64,000 nucleotides of DNA from Eukaryota sp. GEM-RC1. Taxonomy: Eukaryota. The notes under the pieces were generated by a model, which had not been told where the DNA came from, did no database searches, and was given only the letters and a program-made list of their open reading frames with translations. Below, piece after piece: positions 11,901 to 24,300 of the stretch. Numbering within the stretch: the first letter of the stretch is position 1; the number at the start of each line of letters is the position of its first letter. The translations under genes and the position numbers were made by a program. The stretch lies in contig JAUFOQ010000001.1 of NCBI GenBank assembly GCA_040285855.1, positions 3,720,001 to 3,784,000 on the forward strand, in the 5' to 3' direction.

Positions 11901-14403
11901 CTTCCATGAAGTATAAGATAGATGGACAGTGTTGTCCTTGTGACGCGGATTGCTTCTGATGTTATACTTCTATCTCAAAAGCTTGTGAACCGTATTCTTG
12001 TTCCTAACAATGTTTATGATACAAAAAAACACACGGTAAAAAGTGTGTCAATGAAAGGTCACAAAAGCACATATCATAATAAAAGCTATGAAACACTAGA
12101 CATAGAAAATTCCTGGTTAAGCTTAACAGTACTAGTGATGGGCAAAGACCAGACCAACCGACCATACTACAGGCCTCTAAAGTTTGGTCTGTAGTCCGAG
12201 GATCTCTTCTCTTCTCTGGTCTGGTCTGGTCTAGTCTGTAGTCCATTCATTTCTACTGTGGTCTGAAGTCCATTCATGTTTGTTTTACTTTTACGAATAC
12301 ATCACTAAAAAACATAACATATGTTTTCCGGTTCCACTTCAGTACTTCCATTTTCAGATTCTGAAAACTCATTAATACCTAGGAGATAATCCATTAGAGT
12401 ATATATTAGCTGGTTTTGCCATAAGATACCACAATTTCCTTTTCACACACAATGTCAGGCCCAGTTATATAGAGGTGTCTACATAGAGTTGTATTCAGAG
12501 GCTTCTGCGGCAAAAAGGAGAATATATAGAAAAAACGGGGTTTATGATCAATGAGTGAAATAAACGCATTTGCAGAAGTTAATAACTAACAGACACTAAC
12601 TAAAGTATCTAACTATGATCCTTCTGTCCATCATCGAACAACTTACCTAAAATTGAATTTAAATATCTGTGCATTGAACGAAACAACGCAAACGTTAACA
12701 TACTCAACCAAAAATTTTCATTGAAAACTTTACCGAAGTCAGAACACAATTTACCAAAGGAAGTTAAAAACCCTTGAGCAGCTATTTTTTCCTTTTTCAG
12801 CCACTTCAAGAGCAGAAAGATCATAATCAAAATTCTTGAAAATTGATCTTGAATTACAAGGATCAAAAGTCGTGAAATCCATAATAATTTCCTGACAAGA
12901 TAACCAAGGACCAATCAAATCACCACGACTTCTATCAACTTTTGGCTGATCAGGAAGATTAGCAAGTAAAGGTTCAATTTTTCCATGAAAACCATTAGCC
13001 TTAAACATATCCAAACATGTATCTCGGATACTGTTGTGAAGAATTGATTTAAAATGAATAATTGATGACAGTTAACTAAATGATGAAAATGTGAAGCCTT
13101 TGAACGACCACAAAGACATGGAGAATGCTTCAAAAGACCATAAACCTAACCCAAGTCTCATGTTTATAAGCCATTCATAATCCTTAAGATTAAACCAAAA
13201 TTTTCTTGGCAAACGAGAAACAAACGAAAACCTTTTAAAGTTAAGCTGATAACATAAGTTTGAGCACATGGATCTAACAAATATATTTGAAAGCTTGGAT
13301 TATAACGTTCGACTTGGCATGATCAAGGAAAAAATCCAACTTTTGCAAATTTCTTAATGGATGTTTCTAATCGCTCTGCTTCATGTCTGATTACTCAAAT
13401 CCTTCAAGCTCACGGTATGTTTTCTGATGATAACTCTTGGTCATTAACATGCGTTTACGGTCATTTATTTGGCCTATGTGGGCAATCTGTAACACCTACA
13501 CATTTATTGAATTGTAACCGTTTCATTTCTTTTAGAAGTAAGGTTCATGATTCTGTAAGGGATCAATTACAGTGAATGTGTAAATCTTATGGAATAATCA
13601 TTTTTTAGAACCAGTTTTGTCTGGTTTGGTTGATGATACAGACAAATCGTTTGGAAATAGCCGTGGTGATGTCATATTTCATGGTCTCGATGGTTCTTAT
13701 ATTATTGCTGATGTTACGTCTATCGACGTTAAAAATGGTTTCAACAAGACACATACTAAATCTAATGCTAAAACCCCTCTGTTGATTGATGAAAAATAAA
13801 ACAAATGGAAAAATATTGTGCTGAATTGAAATTATTGAATTCAGTTTCACACTCGAATTACTTGTTGTACCCTTTTGTATTTTCAATGTAAGTTTCTTTA
13901 GGTGAATCGGCCACATCATTACTTGAAATCTTTGTGAAGATTGTAGATGAAAAAACATCTAGGACTTTTGATCTTAGATTTTGGAAAAATCGAATCGTGT
14001 TTGATATCTTAAAAGGTATGGTGACCACCGAATCTAGCGCTTTGTTATCTCTCGACAGACATTATGAGGATACAGTTGGTGAGAATTTCCAGATAGGCAA
14101 TTTGCCGACTTTGAGGATATTGATTATTAGATGTATGTACACTGTAGTGTTGATGTCAATTAAATAAATAATCACGAAAAAAGGTAATGTAAAATCTGAA
14201 AAATTGAATATCACAAGATCACATCACAAAATTACAAATTATTGACTTTGTGATATTACACATCACAACAATCGCATTTCCACATCACAACTGAATGTCA
14301 TTGTGATTGTGTGAGTCACAACAATCACATCACAATTTGTGACAAGCAATATTTGTGTAATATTTCTAGTTGTGATTTTACAAAAAATTTTGTGGAAAGT
14401 AAA

Positions 14404-16315
14404 TAAAAAACGGGGTTTATGATCAGTCAGTGAAATAAATGCATTTGCAGAAGTTAATAACTAACAGACACTAACTAAAGTATCTAAACTATGATCCTTG
14501 TGTCCATCACCGAACAACTTACCTAAAATTGAATTAAAATATCTGTGCATTGAACGAAACAACGCAAACGTTAACCTACTCAACCAAAAATTTTCATTGA
14601 AAACTTTACCATACTCAGAACACAATTTACCAAAGGAGGTTAAAAAACCTTGTGCAGCTGGTCCAATATTACCGTATATCGACATCGCAAAAGGTTGAAA
14701 CACAAAAGAATTGTACCTGTTAACATTCAATTGGTTAATTAAGTGACAGTACTTTGTATTTTTTCCTTTTTCAGCCACTTCAAGAGGCGAAAAATCATCA
14801 TCAAAAATTTTGGAAATAAATCTTGAATTACAAGGATCAACCGTCGTGAAATCCATGATAATTTCCTGACAAGATAACCAAGGACCAATCACATCACCAC
14901 GACTTCTATCAACTTTTGGCTGATCAGAAAGATTAGCAAGTAAAGGTTCAATTTTTCCATGAAAACCATTAGCCTTAAACATATCCAAACATGTATCCCG
15001 GATACTGTTGTGAATAATTGATCGAAAATGAATAAATTGATGACAGTTAACTAAATGATGAAAATTGGAAGCCTTTGAACGACCACAAAGACATGGAGAA
15101 TGCTTCCAAAGACCTGAAAGCCATAAACCTAACCTAAGTCTCATGTTTATAAGCCATTCATGATCCTTAAGATTAAAACAAAATTTGCTTGGCAAACGAG
15201 AAACAAATGAAGACGCATCGCTTGAAGAAATATCATTCAAAAATGCACAAAAAGCGGGACTCTTAGTCTTAGCCAAGCTAATACGGTTTTTAAAGTCCAA
15301 GCTTTCGTGAAACAAAACAAACTTCTTCTGTAACTCTACATCCCCTTTATTAAAAACATTAAAATAAACACAAATACTAGAATTCAATATCATTAAAGCA
15401 ACAATCATTGCCATTAAAACTCACATCAGCTTTTTCTTCATAAAAAACACTGAGAGCTAATAGAGCTTTTGAAATCATGATAGGAATTGTTTTAAATATT
15501 GTAAAAACAATACGATTCAACCAAAATTTGAAATCAAATTTCTTGTTCATTCTTTTTTGACCACTTTCTCAAAATCAGAGAGAAAACAAAGAGCATCTCT
15601 ACCAAGTCGACCATAAATTGAAATTGCAAAAGGACATAATTTGTACTCAACATGTCTAATATGTTTGAGAGCAGTCAGTGGTTCATCATATTTGTTTCTC
15701 TTGTATTGTTCTGAAGAATTCAGTGGCGAAACTTCAGTTTTAGCATCCTTGAATGCACTTTTTTTGCAAACATCCACAGTAATCACATCAACAACGGTTA
15801 GTTCATCATTAACTGATGGAACTATAACATCAGCTCTTCGTTTACCAAAAGTCTTATCAGAATCACTATTTTTTGAATTATTGATTTCCAGTGATCTCAA
15901 CAGTGGCTCAACGAAAGATTCGATTTTGTAGGACTTACACATTGCATGAATTTGATCTCTAACAGCATCATGAATACAAGTTCTATAAGTAACTTCTTCT
16001 GTAACTTGCGAACACACAAAGGCAAAGAGAAAATGCTTCTCTGCTGAATTTCTGTTACCCCAACAGGAAATAACTCTGACCACAAATTGGAGTCAAGACT
16101 ATCAATTAAATTTTGAAGACTAATTAACCATGCACAAGGTGAGTGAAGTAAAAAATCTTTCGTTTTCCATAACACAGGATAACGATTCTGAAATTCAAAC
16201 AAAAAATTCTTTAAAGACCCCAAAAAGGCACCCTCACGCATGTACTTAGCTTTCGTGAAACCAATACCACCAAAAAGAAGTAGAAGTGAAACAATGAGAA
16301 GGAAGTGAAGAGTCT
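14404..16315 (-). mobile_element. Family A copy interrupted by a family C insertion
   Basis: ORF 14461-15335 has an intact zinc knuckle and endonuclease. The 5' part of A resumes after 16006. Confidence 0.85.
15336..15990 (-). mobile_element. Family C CRE-like non-LTR retrotransposon, 5'-truncated, with 16-bp TSD
   Basis: Reads IHDAVRD..EPLL..RRADVIV..VDVITVD..EQYKRNKY..CPFAISIYGRLG. The TSD AACTTCTTCTGTAACT is at 15320-15335 and 15991-16006. Confidence 0.9.
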
Positions 16316-18974
16316 TAAATTGAAAGTAAATTGAAATGTAACAACTAATGTATGCGTCTTTTTCATTCTATAATCGTATTTCAAAGAAAGTTCCTCAAGG
16401 TGGTCTGTCGATGTAAGCTAGTTATGTTCTTCCATGAAGTATAAGATAGATGGGGAGTGTTGTGCTTGTGACGCGGATTGCTTCTGATGTTATACTTCTA
16501 TCTCAAAAGCTTGTGAACCGAATTCTTGTTCCTAACAATGTTTATGATACAAAAAAAACACACGGTAAAAAGTGTGTCAATGAAAGGTCACAAAAGCACA
16601 TATCATAATAAAAGCTATGGAAACACTAGACATAGAACATTCCTGGTTAAGCTTAACAGTACTAGTGATGGGCAAAGACCAGACCAACCGACCATACTAC
16701 AGGCCTCTAAAGTTTGGTCTGTAGTCCGAGGATCTCTTCTCTTCTCTGGTCTGGTCTGGTCTGTAGTCCATTCATTTCTACTGTGGTCTGAAGTCCATTC
16801 ATGTTTGTTTTACTTTTACGAATACATCACTAAAAAAACATAACATATGTTTTCCGGTTCCACTTCAGTACTTCCATTTTCAGATTCTGAAAACTCATTA
16901 ATACCTAGGAGATAATCTATTAGAGTATATATTAGCTGGTTTTGCCATAAGATACCACAATTTCCTTTTCACACACAATGTCAGGCCCAGTTATATAGAG
17001 GTGTCTACATAGAGGTGTATTCAGAGGCTTCTGCGGCAAAAAGGAGAATATATAGAAAAAACGGGGTTTATGATCAATGAGTTAAATAAACGCATTTGCA
17101 GAAGTTAATAACTAACAGACACTAACTAAAGTATCTAACTATGATCCTTCTGTCCATCATCGAACAACTTACCTAAAATTGAATTAAAATATCTGTGCAT
17201 TGAACGAAACAACGCAAACGTTAACATACTCAACCAAAAATTTTCATTGAAAACTTTACCGAAGTCAGAACACAATTTACCAAAGGAAGTTAAAAACCCT
17301 TGAGCAGCTATTTTTTCCTTTTTCAGCCAATTCAAGAGCAGAAAGATCATAATCAAAATTCTTGAAAATTGATCTTGAATTACAAGGATCAACAGTCGTG
17401 AAATCCATAATAATTTCCTGACAAGATAACCAAGGACCAATCAAATCACCACGACTTCTATCAACTTTTGGCTGATCAGGAAGATTAGCAAGTAAAGGTT
17501 CAATTTTTCCATGAAAACCATTAGCCTTAAACATATCCAAACATGTATCTCGGATACTGTTGTGAAGAATTGATTTAAAATGAATAATTGATGACAGTTA
17601 ACTAAATGATGAAAATGTGAAGCCTTTGAACGACCACAAAGACATGGAGAATACTTCAAAAGACCATAAACCTAACCCAAGTCTCATGTTTATAAGCCAT
17701 TCATAATCCTTAAGATTAAACCAAAATTTTCTTGGCAAACGAGAAACAAACGAAAACCTTTTAAAGTTAAGCTGATAACATAAGTTTGAGCACATGGATC
17801 TAACAAATATATTTGAAAGCTTGGATTATAACGTTCGACTTGGCATGATCAAGGAAAAAATCCAACTTTTGCAAATTTCTTAATGGATGTTTCTAATCGC
17901 TCTGCTTCATGTCTGATTACTCAAATCCTTCAAGCTCACGGTATGTTTTCTGATGATAACTCTTGGTCATTAACATGCGTTTACGGTCATTTATTTGGCC
18001 TATGTGGGCAATCTGTAACACCTACACATTTATTGAATTGTAACCGTTTCATTTCTTTTTAGAAGTAAGGTTCATGATTCTGTAAGGGATCAATTACAGT
18101 GAATGTGTAAATCTTATGGAATAATCATTTTTTAGAACCAGTTTTGTCTGGTTTGGTTGATGATACAGATATTGACAAATCGTTTGGAAATAGCTGTGGT
18201 GATGTCATATTTCATGGGCTCGATGGTGCTTTTATTATTGCTGATGTTATGTCTATCGACGTTAAAAATGGTTTCAACAAGAAACATACTAAATCTAATG
18301 CTAAAACCCCTCTGTTGATTGATGAAAAATTTAAAAAATGGAAAAATATTGTGCTGAATTGAAATTATTGAATTACTTGTTGTACCCTTTTGTATTTTCA
18401 ATGTAAGTTTCTTTAGGTGAATCGGCCACATCATTACTTGAAATCTTTGTGAAGATTGTAGATGAAAAAACATCTAGGACTTTTGATCTTAGATTTTGGA
18501 AAAATCGAATCGTGTTTGATATCTTTAAAGGTATGGTGACCACCGAATCTAGCGCTTTGTTATCTCTCGACAGACATTATGAGGATACAGTTGGTGAGAA
18601 TTTCCAGATAGGCAATTTGCCGACTTTGAGGATATTGATTATTAGATGTATGTACACTGTAGTGTTGATGTCAATTAAATAAATAATCACGAAAAAGGTA
18701 ATGTAAAATCTGAAAAATTGAATATCACAAGATCACATCACAAAATTACAAATTATTGACTTTGTGATATTACACATCACAACAATCGCATTTCCACATC
18801 ACAACTGAATGTCATTGTGATTGTGTGAGTCACAACAATCACATCACAATTTGTGACAAGCAATATTTGTGTAATATTTCTAGTTGTGATTTTACAAAAA
18901 TTTTGTGGAAAGTAAATAAAAAAACGGGGTTTATGATCAGTCAGTGAAATAAATGCATTTGCAGAAGTTAATAA

Positions 18975-20084
18975 CTAACAGACACTAACTAAAGTATCTA
19001 AACTATGATCCTTGTGTCCATCACCGAACAACTTACCTAAAATTGAATTAAAATATCTGTGCATTGAACGAAACAACGCAAACGTTAACCTACTCAACCA
19101 AAAATTTTCATTGAAAACTTTACCATACTCAGAACACAATTTACCAAAGGAAGTTAAAAAACCTTGTGCAGCTGGTCCAATATTACCGTATATCGACATC
19201 GCAAAAGGTTGACACACAAAAGAATTGTACCTGTTAACATTCAATTGGTTAATTAAGTGACAGTACTTTGTATTTTTTCCTTTTTCAGCCACTTCAAGAG
19301 GCAAAAAATCATCATCAAAAATTTTGGAAATTAATCTTGAATTACAAGGATCAACCGTCGTGAAATCCATGATAATTTCCTGACAAGATAACCAAGGACC
19401 AATCAAATCACCACGACTTCTATCAACTTTTGGCTGATCAGAAAGATTAGCAAGTAAAGGTTCAATTTTTCCATGAAAACCATTAGCCTTAAACATATCC
19501 AAACATGTATCCCGGATACTGTTGTGAATAATTGATCGAAAATGAAGAAATTGATGACAGTTAACTAAATGATGAAAATTGGAAGCCTTTGAACGACCAC
19601 AAAGACATGGAGAATGCTTCCAAAGACCTGAAAGCCATAAACCTAACCTAAGTCTCATGTTTATAAGCCATTCATGATCCTTAAGATTAAAACAAAATTT
19701 GCTTGGCAAACGAGAAACAAATGAAGACGCATCGCTTGAAGAAATATCATTCAAAAATGCACAAAAAGCGGGACTCTTAGTCTTAGCCAAGCTAATACGG
19801 TTTTTAAAGTCCAAGCTTTCGTGAAACAAAACAAACTTCTTCTGTAACTTGCGAACACACAAAGGCAAAGAGAAAATGCTTCTCTGCTGAATTTCTGTTA
19901 CCCCAACAGGAAATAACTCTGACCACAAATTGGAGTCAAGACTATCAATTAAATTTTGAAGACTAATTAACCATGCACAAGGTGAGTGAAGTAAAAAATC
20001 TTTCGTTTTCCATAACACAGGATAACGATTCTGAAATTCAAACAAAAAATTCTTTAAAGACCCCAAAAAGGCACCCTCACGCAT
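18975..20084 (-). CDS. Intact 369-aa C-terminal ORF of family A (linker, zinc knuckle, PD-(D/E)XK restriction-like endonuclease); lacks the RT catalytic domain
   Basis: Uninterrupted ORF with CLC..HHLVNC, RGD, DFTTVD, AEKGK..KY and PFAMSIYG. The frame is open from 20156. No YxDD motif is present. Confidence 0.7.
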   Translation of the reverse strand: MREGAFLGSLKNFLFEFQNRYPVLWKTKDFLLHSPCAWLISLQNLIDSLDSNLWSELFPVGVTEIQQRSIFSLPLCVRKLQKKFVLFHESLDFKNRISLAKTKSPAFCAFLNDISSSDASSFVSRLPSKFCFNLKDHEWLINMRLRLGLWLSGLWKHSPCLCGRSKASNFHHLVNCHQFLHFRSIIHNSIRDTCLDMFKANGFHGKIEPLLANLSDQPKVDRSRGDLIGPWLSCQEIIMDFTTVDPCNSRLISKIFDDDFLPLEVAEKGKNTKYCHLINQLNVNRYNSFVCQPFAMSIYGNIGPAAQGFLTSFGKLCSEYGKVFNENFWLSRLTFALFRSMHRYFNSILGKLFGDGHKDHSLDTLVSVC

Positions 20085-20524
20085 GTACTTAGCTTTCGTG
20101 AAACCAATACCACCAAAAGAAGTAGAAGTGAAACAATGAGAAGGAAGTGAAGAGTCTTAAATTGAAAGTAAATTGAAATGTAACAACTAATGTATGCATC
20201 TTTTTCATTCTATAATCGTATTTCAAAGAAAGTTCCTCAAGGTGGTCTGTCGATGTAAGCTAGTTATGTTCTTCCATGAAGTATAAGATAGATGGGGAGT
20301 GTTGTGCTTGTGACGCGGATTGCTTCTGATGTTATACTTCTATCTCAAAAGCTTGTGAACCGAATTCTTGTTCCTAACAATGTTTATGATACAAAAAAAC
20401 ACACGGTAAAAAGTGTGTCAATGAAAGGTCACAAAAGCACATATCATAATAAAAGCTATGGAAACACTAGACATAGAACATTCCTGGTTAAGCTTAACAG
20501 TACCACATTTCTTATTTTGAAACT

Positions 20525-20735
20525 GTATTTATGGAACAAAAACACTAAGATAAACACAAATACTAGAACTCAATATCATTAAAGCAACATTCATTGTCAT
20601 TCAAACTCACATCAGCTTTTTCTTCATTAAAACACTGAGAGCTAATAGAGCTTTTGAAATCATGATATGAGTTGTGTTAAATATTGTAAAAACAATACGA
20701 TTCAACCAAAACTTGAAAGCAAATTTCGTGTTCTT
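20525..20735 (-). pseudogene. Family C 3' fragment
   Basis: Matches 15360-15548 (..FWLNRIVFTIF..ALLALSVF..DIEF*). Confidence 0.8.
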
Positions 20736-21348
20736 TAACAATTCTTTTTCTTATACAACTGTGTGATAATTGATTTAAAAAATAGGCATCGAACGGAACA
20801 ACGAATAGATCAAACGGTTACAGTGACAAAAACGTGTTTGATTCTCGGCACCTAACTGCTCCTTTGCTGGATTCATCTAAGTTGTGGTTGATTTTAGTAC
20901 AGTTTTGCAAAAGTCTACAAAGAAATTCAAAATGGTTCATCTTGAAAAGGCTGAACAGCGGAAGTGTTCCAATTGTGCGGATGCTTTGAATAAGCCTAAT
21001 GAAAATATATATTCTAAGTATTCATTTGTTCCATTCAATTTCAATTTTTGGTAATATTTTTCAGCAGCTGTAAAAATGTTCAGCAATTTTAGTCTTTTAT
21101 GTCGTTCTAATGGCAGGAATGTAATGGTTCTGTATGGATTAATCGAATTATGTTTGCTCTTTATAGAATTTTGGAATCGGGTAAACAATTTGTAAAATAC
21201 AATACATTTTATATAATACATTAGTATGAAACATTTTTCAAATTGATCAAGGAGCAATACCGAACATTTCAAGTAATACGTAGCTTAAAAACCCGTATCA
21301 AACATGACGTCATCATCTTGACTTATCAAGAAACTCTGTTAAAGAAAG

Positions 21349-24300
21349 TTAACGATACTTTGAATCAAAATTTTTTACATTAAGAGCAAAAGTTTCTAGG
21401 GTAGTGTTTGACAATATTGATATCAATCCACTAGCATTAGAAGCTCCGAAAAGACATTGAGAAATAGCCTTACCACTTAAATTTGACGGAAATTTAATGT
21501 ATAGGGAATGGCATGACTGTAATAACAATTTCATTCTAATGAAAGCTTTGCATAAATCTTTTAGACACATCAAATCAGCGGCACTAAAGCACTGAAAAGT
21601 CTTTTCCACATTCTTTTGGGCTCTAAAACAACATCTCTGGTAAACTGAATATCAAACTGCATCATTTCAATCGTGTTTTGTAAAGCCCAAACTTCTTTCT
21701 GTAACTCAGTATAGGTCTGGGATTTCTTAAAATCTGTCAATTGTAGATTGAGAGATCGAATTTTAGATCGATCAAGTGATTGTGAATTGTACAATTCAGA
21801 AATTAAATGTTCAGAAACCTTCCTGGAATTAGTGAGATTTTGATTGGCAGAAGAGAGTGACGTGATCTGATCTTCTAAAGTGGAAACCTGTGATAGTAGT
21901 TTTGAGTTTTCTTGGCAGATAGAATCATAATCCTGTTGAACTTTGAGAGAATTTTGCCTAAAATTTGAATTTTTAAGATTTAGAAGTAAACCATTTTGTG
22001 CTCTCTCAATTTTCAAATCATTTTTCAATTCGACATTTTCTCTTTTCAACTTAGAAATGCGATTCTCTAATGAATTGTTCAACTCAGACAAAGATTGGAT
22101 TTCATTATCAACTGCTTTTTGGAGAGAATAAATGAAGAATACCGGTCATTGTGAAACATTAGAGAAGTTTCTAGAGATGAAATTGAAAGTATTTGGAAAG
22201 AATTTAAAAATTTCAAGGAATTCAACTCATCACTAATTGAATCACAACTTATAGACTGATCATGGCAAGAACTCGGATCACGTGTTCTGCAGTCAAAATC
22301 ATGATAACTTAATAACAAAGAGGCAGTTGAATCACGGCAGAAATCCAACTCTGCAACCGCATTACTGTACTGATAACGTAAGGAAGAATTAGCTACAGAA
22401 TAGTTGGTTAATTTGTGATTTAAAATCTTAATCTGTTCTCGAAGCTTGGATATGCACTTGATTGACTCGAGGTCAATTTCTTGACATTTGTCTTCTTCTT
22501 TTCCTTTTCTTAGAGAAACGGCATTAGTCAAATCTAAATACTTATCGGAAATATGACAAAGTTTCGTTTCAAGATCAACGCTCAGATACTTATAGAAGCT
22601 GAGTGAAGCTTTAACTTCCATTAACTCAAGCTTAGTTTTCGAAAGATTTTGAGAAATAATTGCAGAGTAACGTTGGATAATTGCTGGAAGTTGCTGTTGT
22701 AAGTCATTATAATTAGAAGTCACAGTTGTCAGAGCTAATTGAATTTGGGATTTCAAAAGTTCTAATTCAGATATATTTGACTGTAATTGAGAAACGTCGG
22801 CTTTTGAAAGTTCTAAGCAATTTTCTAGATCAGAAATAAGTTTACCAGCTTCTAATTCTTTGTTCTTTAACACATTGTTTTCGACAAAAGCGTTTTTCAA
22901 AACAGACTTCAAGTTTGACACATCATTTGAAGAATTTTGATTGAATGTATCAGGTGAATCGGAAAGGAAATCTGAAAAATCAGTATTGATTGTAGAAAAG
23001 ACGTCATCAACACTTGATTGTAAACTCTCCAAATTTTGAGACAATGCCAAATTTCGTTCTTGTAATCCATTAATTTTCAATTCCAGATCAGTATTGAGTT
23101 TGTGAAGGAATTCAATTTGATCAGAGGAATTTTGAATTTGAACCTCTTGATTTGAAATATTTGACTTCAAACTAGAGTTGATATTTTCTAAATCTGAAAG
23201 AGCATTTTGAGACTGTAACAACTGGTCTTCTTTGGATAACAATTCTTCTCGTAATTGAGATTCAAGTTCTTTAGCTTCAGTCTGAATTTGGGATTTCAAA
23301 AGTTCTAATTCAGATACATTTGACTGTAATTGAGAAACGTCGGCTTTTAAAAGTTCTAAACAATTTTCCAGATCAGAAATAAGTTTACCAGCTTCTAATT
23401 CTTTGTTCTTTAACACATTGTTTTCGACAAAAGCGTTTTTCAAAACGGACTTCAAGTTTGACACATCATTTGAAGAATTTTGATTGAATGTATCAGGTGA
23501 ATCGGAAAGGGATTCTGAAAAATCAGTATTGATTGTAGAAAAGACGTCATCAACACTTGATTGTAAGGCCTCCAAATTTTGAGACAATGCCAAATTTTGT
23601 TCTTGTAATCCATTAATTTTCAATTCCAGATCACTATTGAGTTTGTGAAGGAATTCAATTTGATCAGAGGAATTTTGAATTTGAACCTCTTGATTGGAAA
23701 TATTTGACTTCAAACTAGAGTTGATATTTTCTAAATCTGAAAGAGCATTTTGAGACTGTAACAACTCGTCTTTTTGGATAACAATTCTTCTCGTAATTGT
23801 AATTCAAGTTCTTTAGCTTCAGTCTGAATTTGGGATTTCAAAAGTTCTAATTCAGATACACTTGACTGTAATTGAGAAACGTCAGCTTTTGAAAGTTCTA
23901 AGCAATTTTCCAGATCAGAAATAAGTTTAGAAGCTTCTAATTCTTTGTTCTTTAACACATTGTTTTCGACAAAAGCGTTTTTCAAAACGGACTTCAAGTT
24001 TGACACATCATTTGAAGAATTTTGATTGAATGTATCAGGTGAATCGGAAAGGGAATCTGAAAAATCAGTATTGATTGTAGAAAAGACGTCATCAACACTT
24101 GATTGTACGGCCTCCAAATTTTCAGACAATGCCAAATTTTGTTCTTGTAATCCATTAATTTTCAATTCCAGATCACTATTGAGTTTGTGAAGGAATTCAA
24201 TTTGATCAGAGGAATTTTGAATTTGAACCTCTTGATTGGAAATATTTGACTTCAAACTAGAGTTGATATTTTCTAAATCTGAAAGAGCATTTTGAGACTG

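Larger units (their letters stand above)
1..20503. repeat. Complex tandem array of retroelement and transposon fragments (unit: hAT end - A' - B - TCACA block - A - spacer); continues off the left edge
   Basis: The same spacer ORF start recurs at 315, 2198, 6126, 8002, 11922, ~16450 and 20292. Periods are 1883, ~3920 and ~3850 bp, with a 5804-bp higher-order period (2198 to 8002). Copies are near-identical. Confidence 0.97.

Noticed and set aside
14461..16241. ORFs 14461-15414, 15547-16083 and 15897-16241 as novel fusion proteins
   Set aside because: Their odd termini are read-through across the A/C insertion junctions.
1..20503. Telomere-type retrotransposon array (Giardia Gil or Drosophila HeT-A style), or a CRISPR array
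   Set aside because: Identical junctions indicate DNA-level duplication, not successive transposition. No telomeric repeats are present, and there is no repeat-unique spacer pattern or cas gene.
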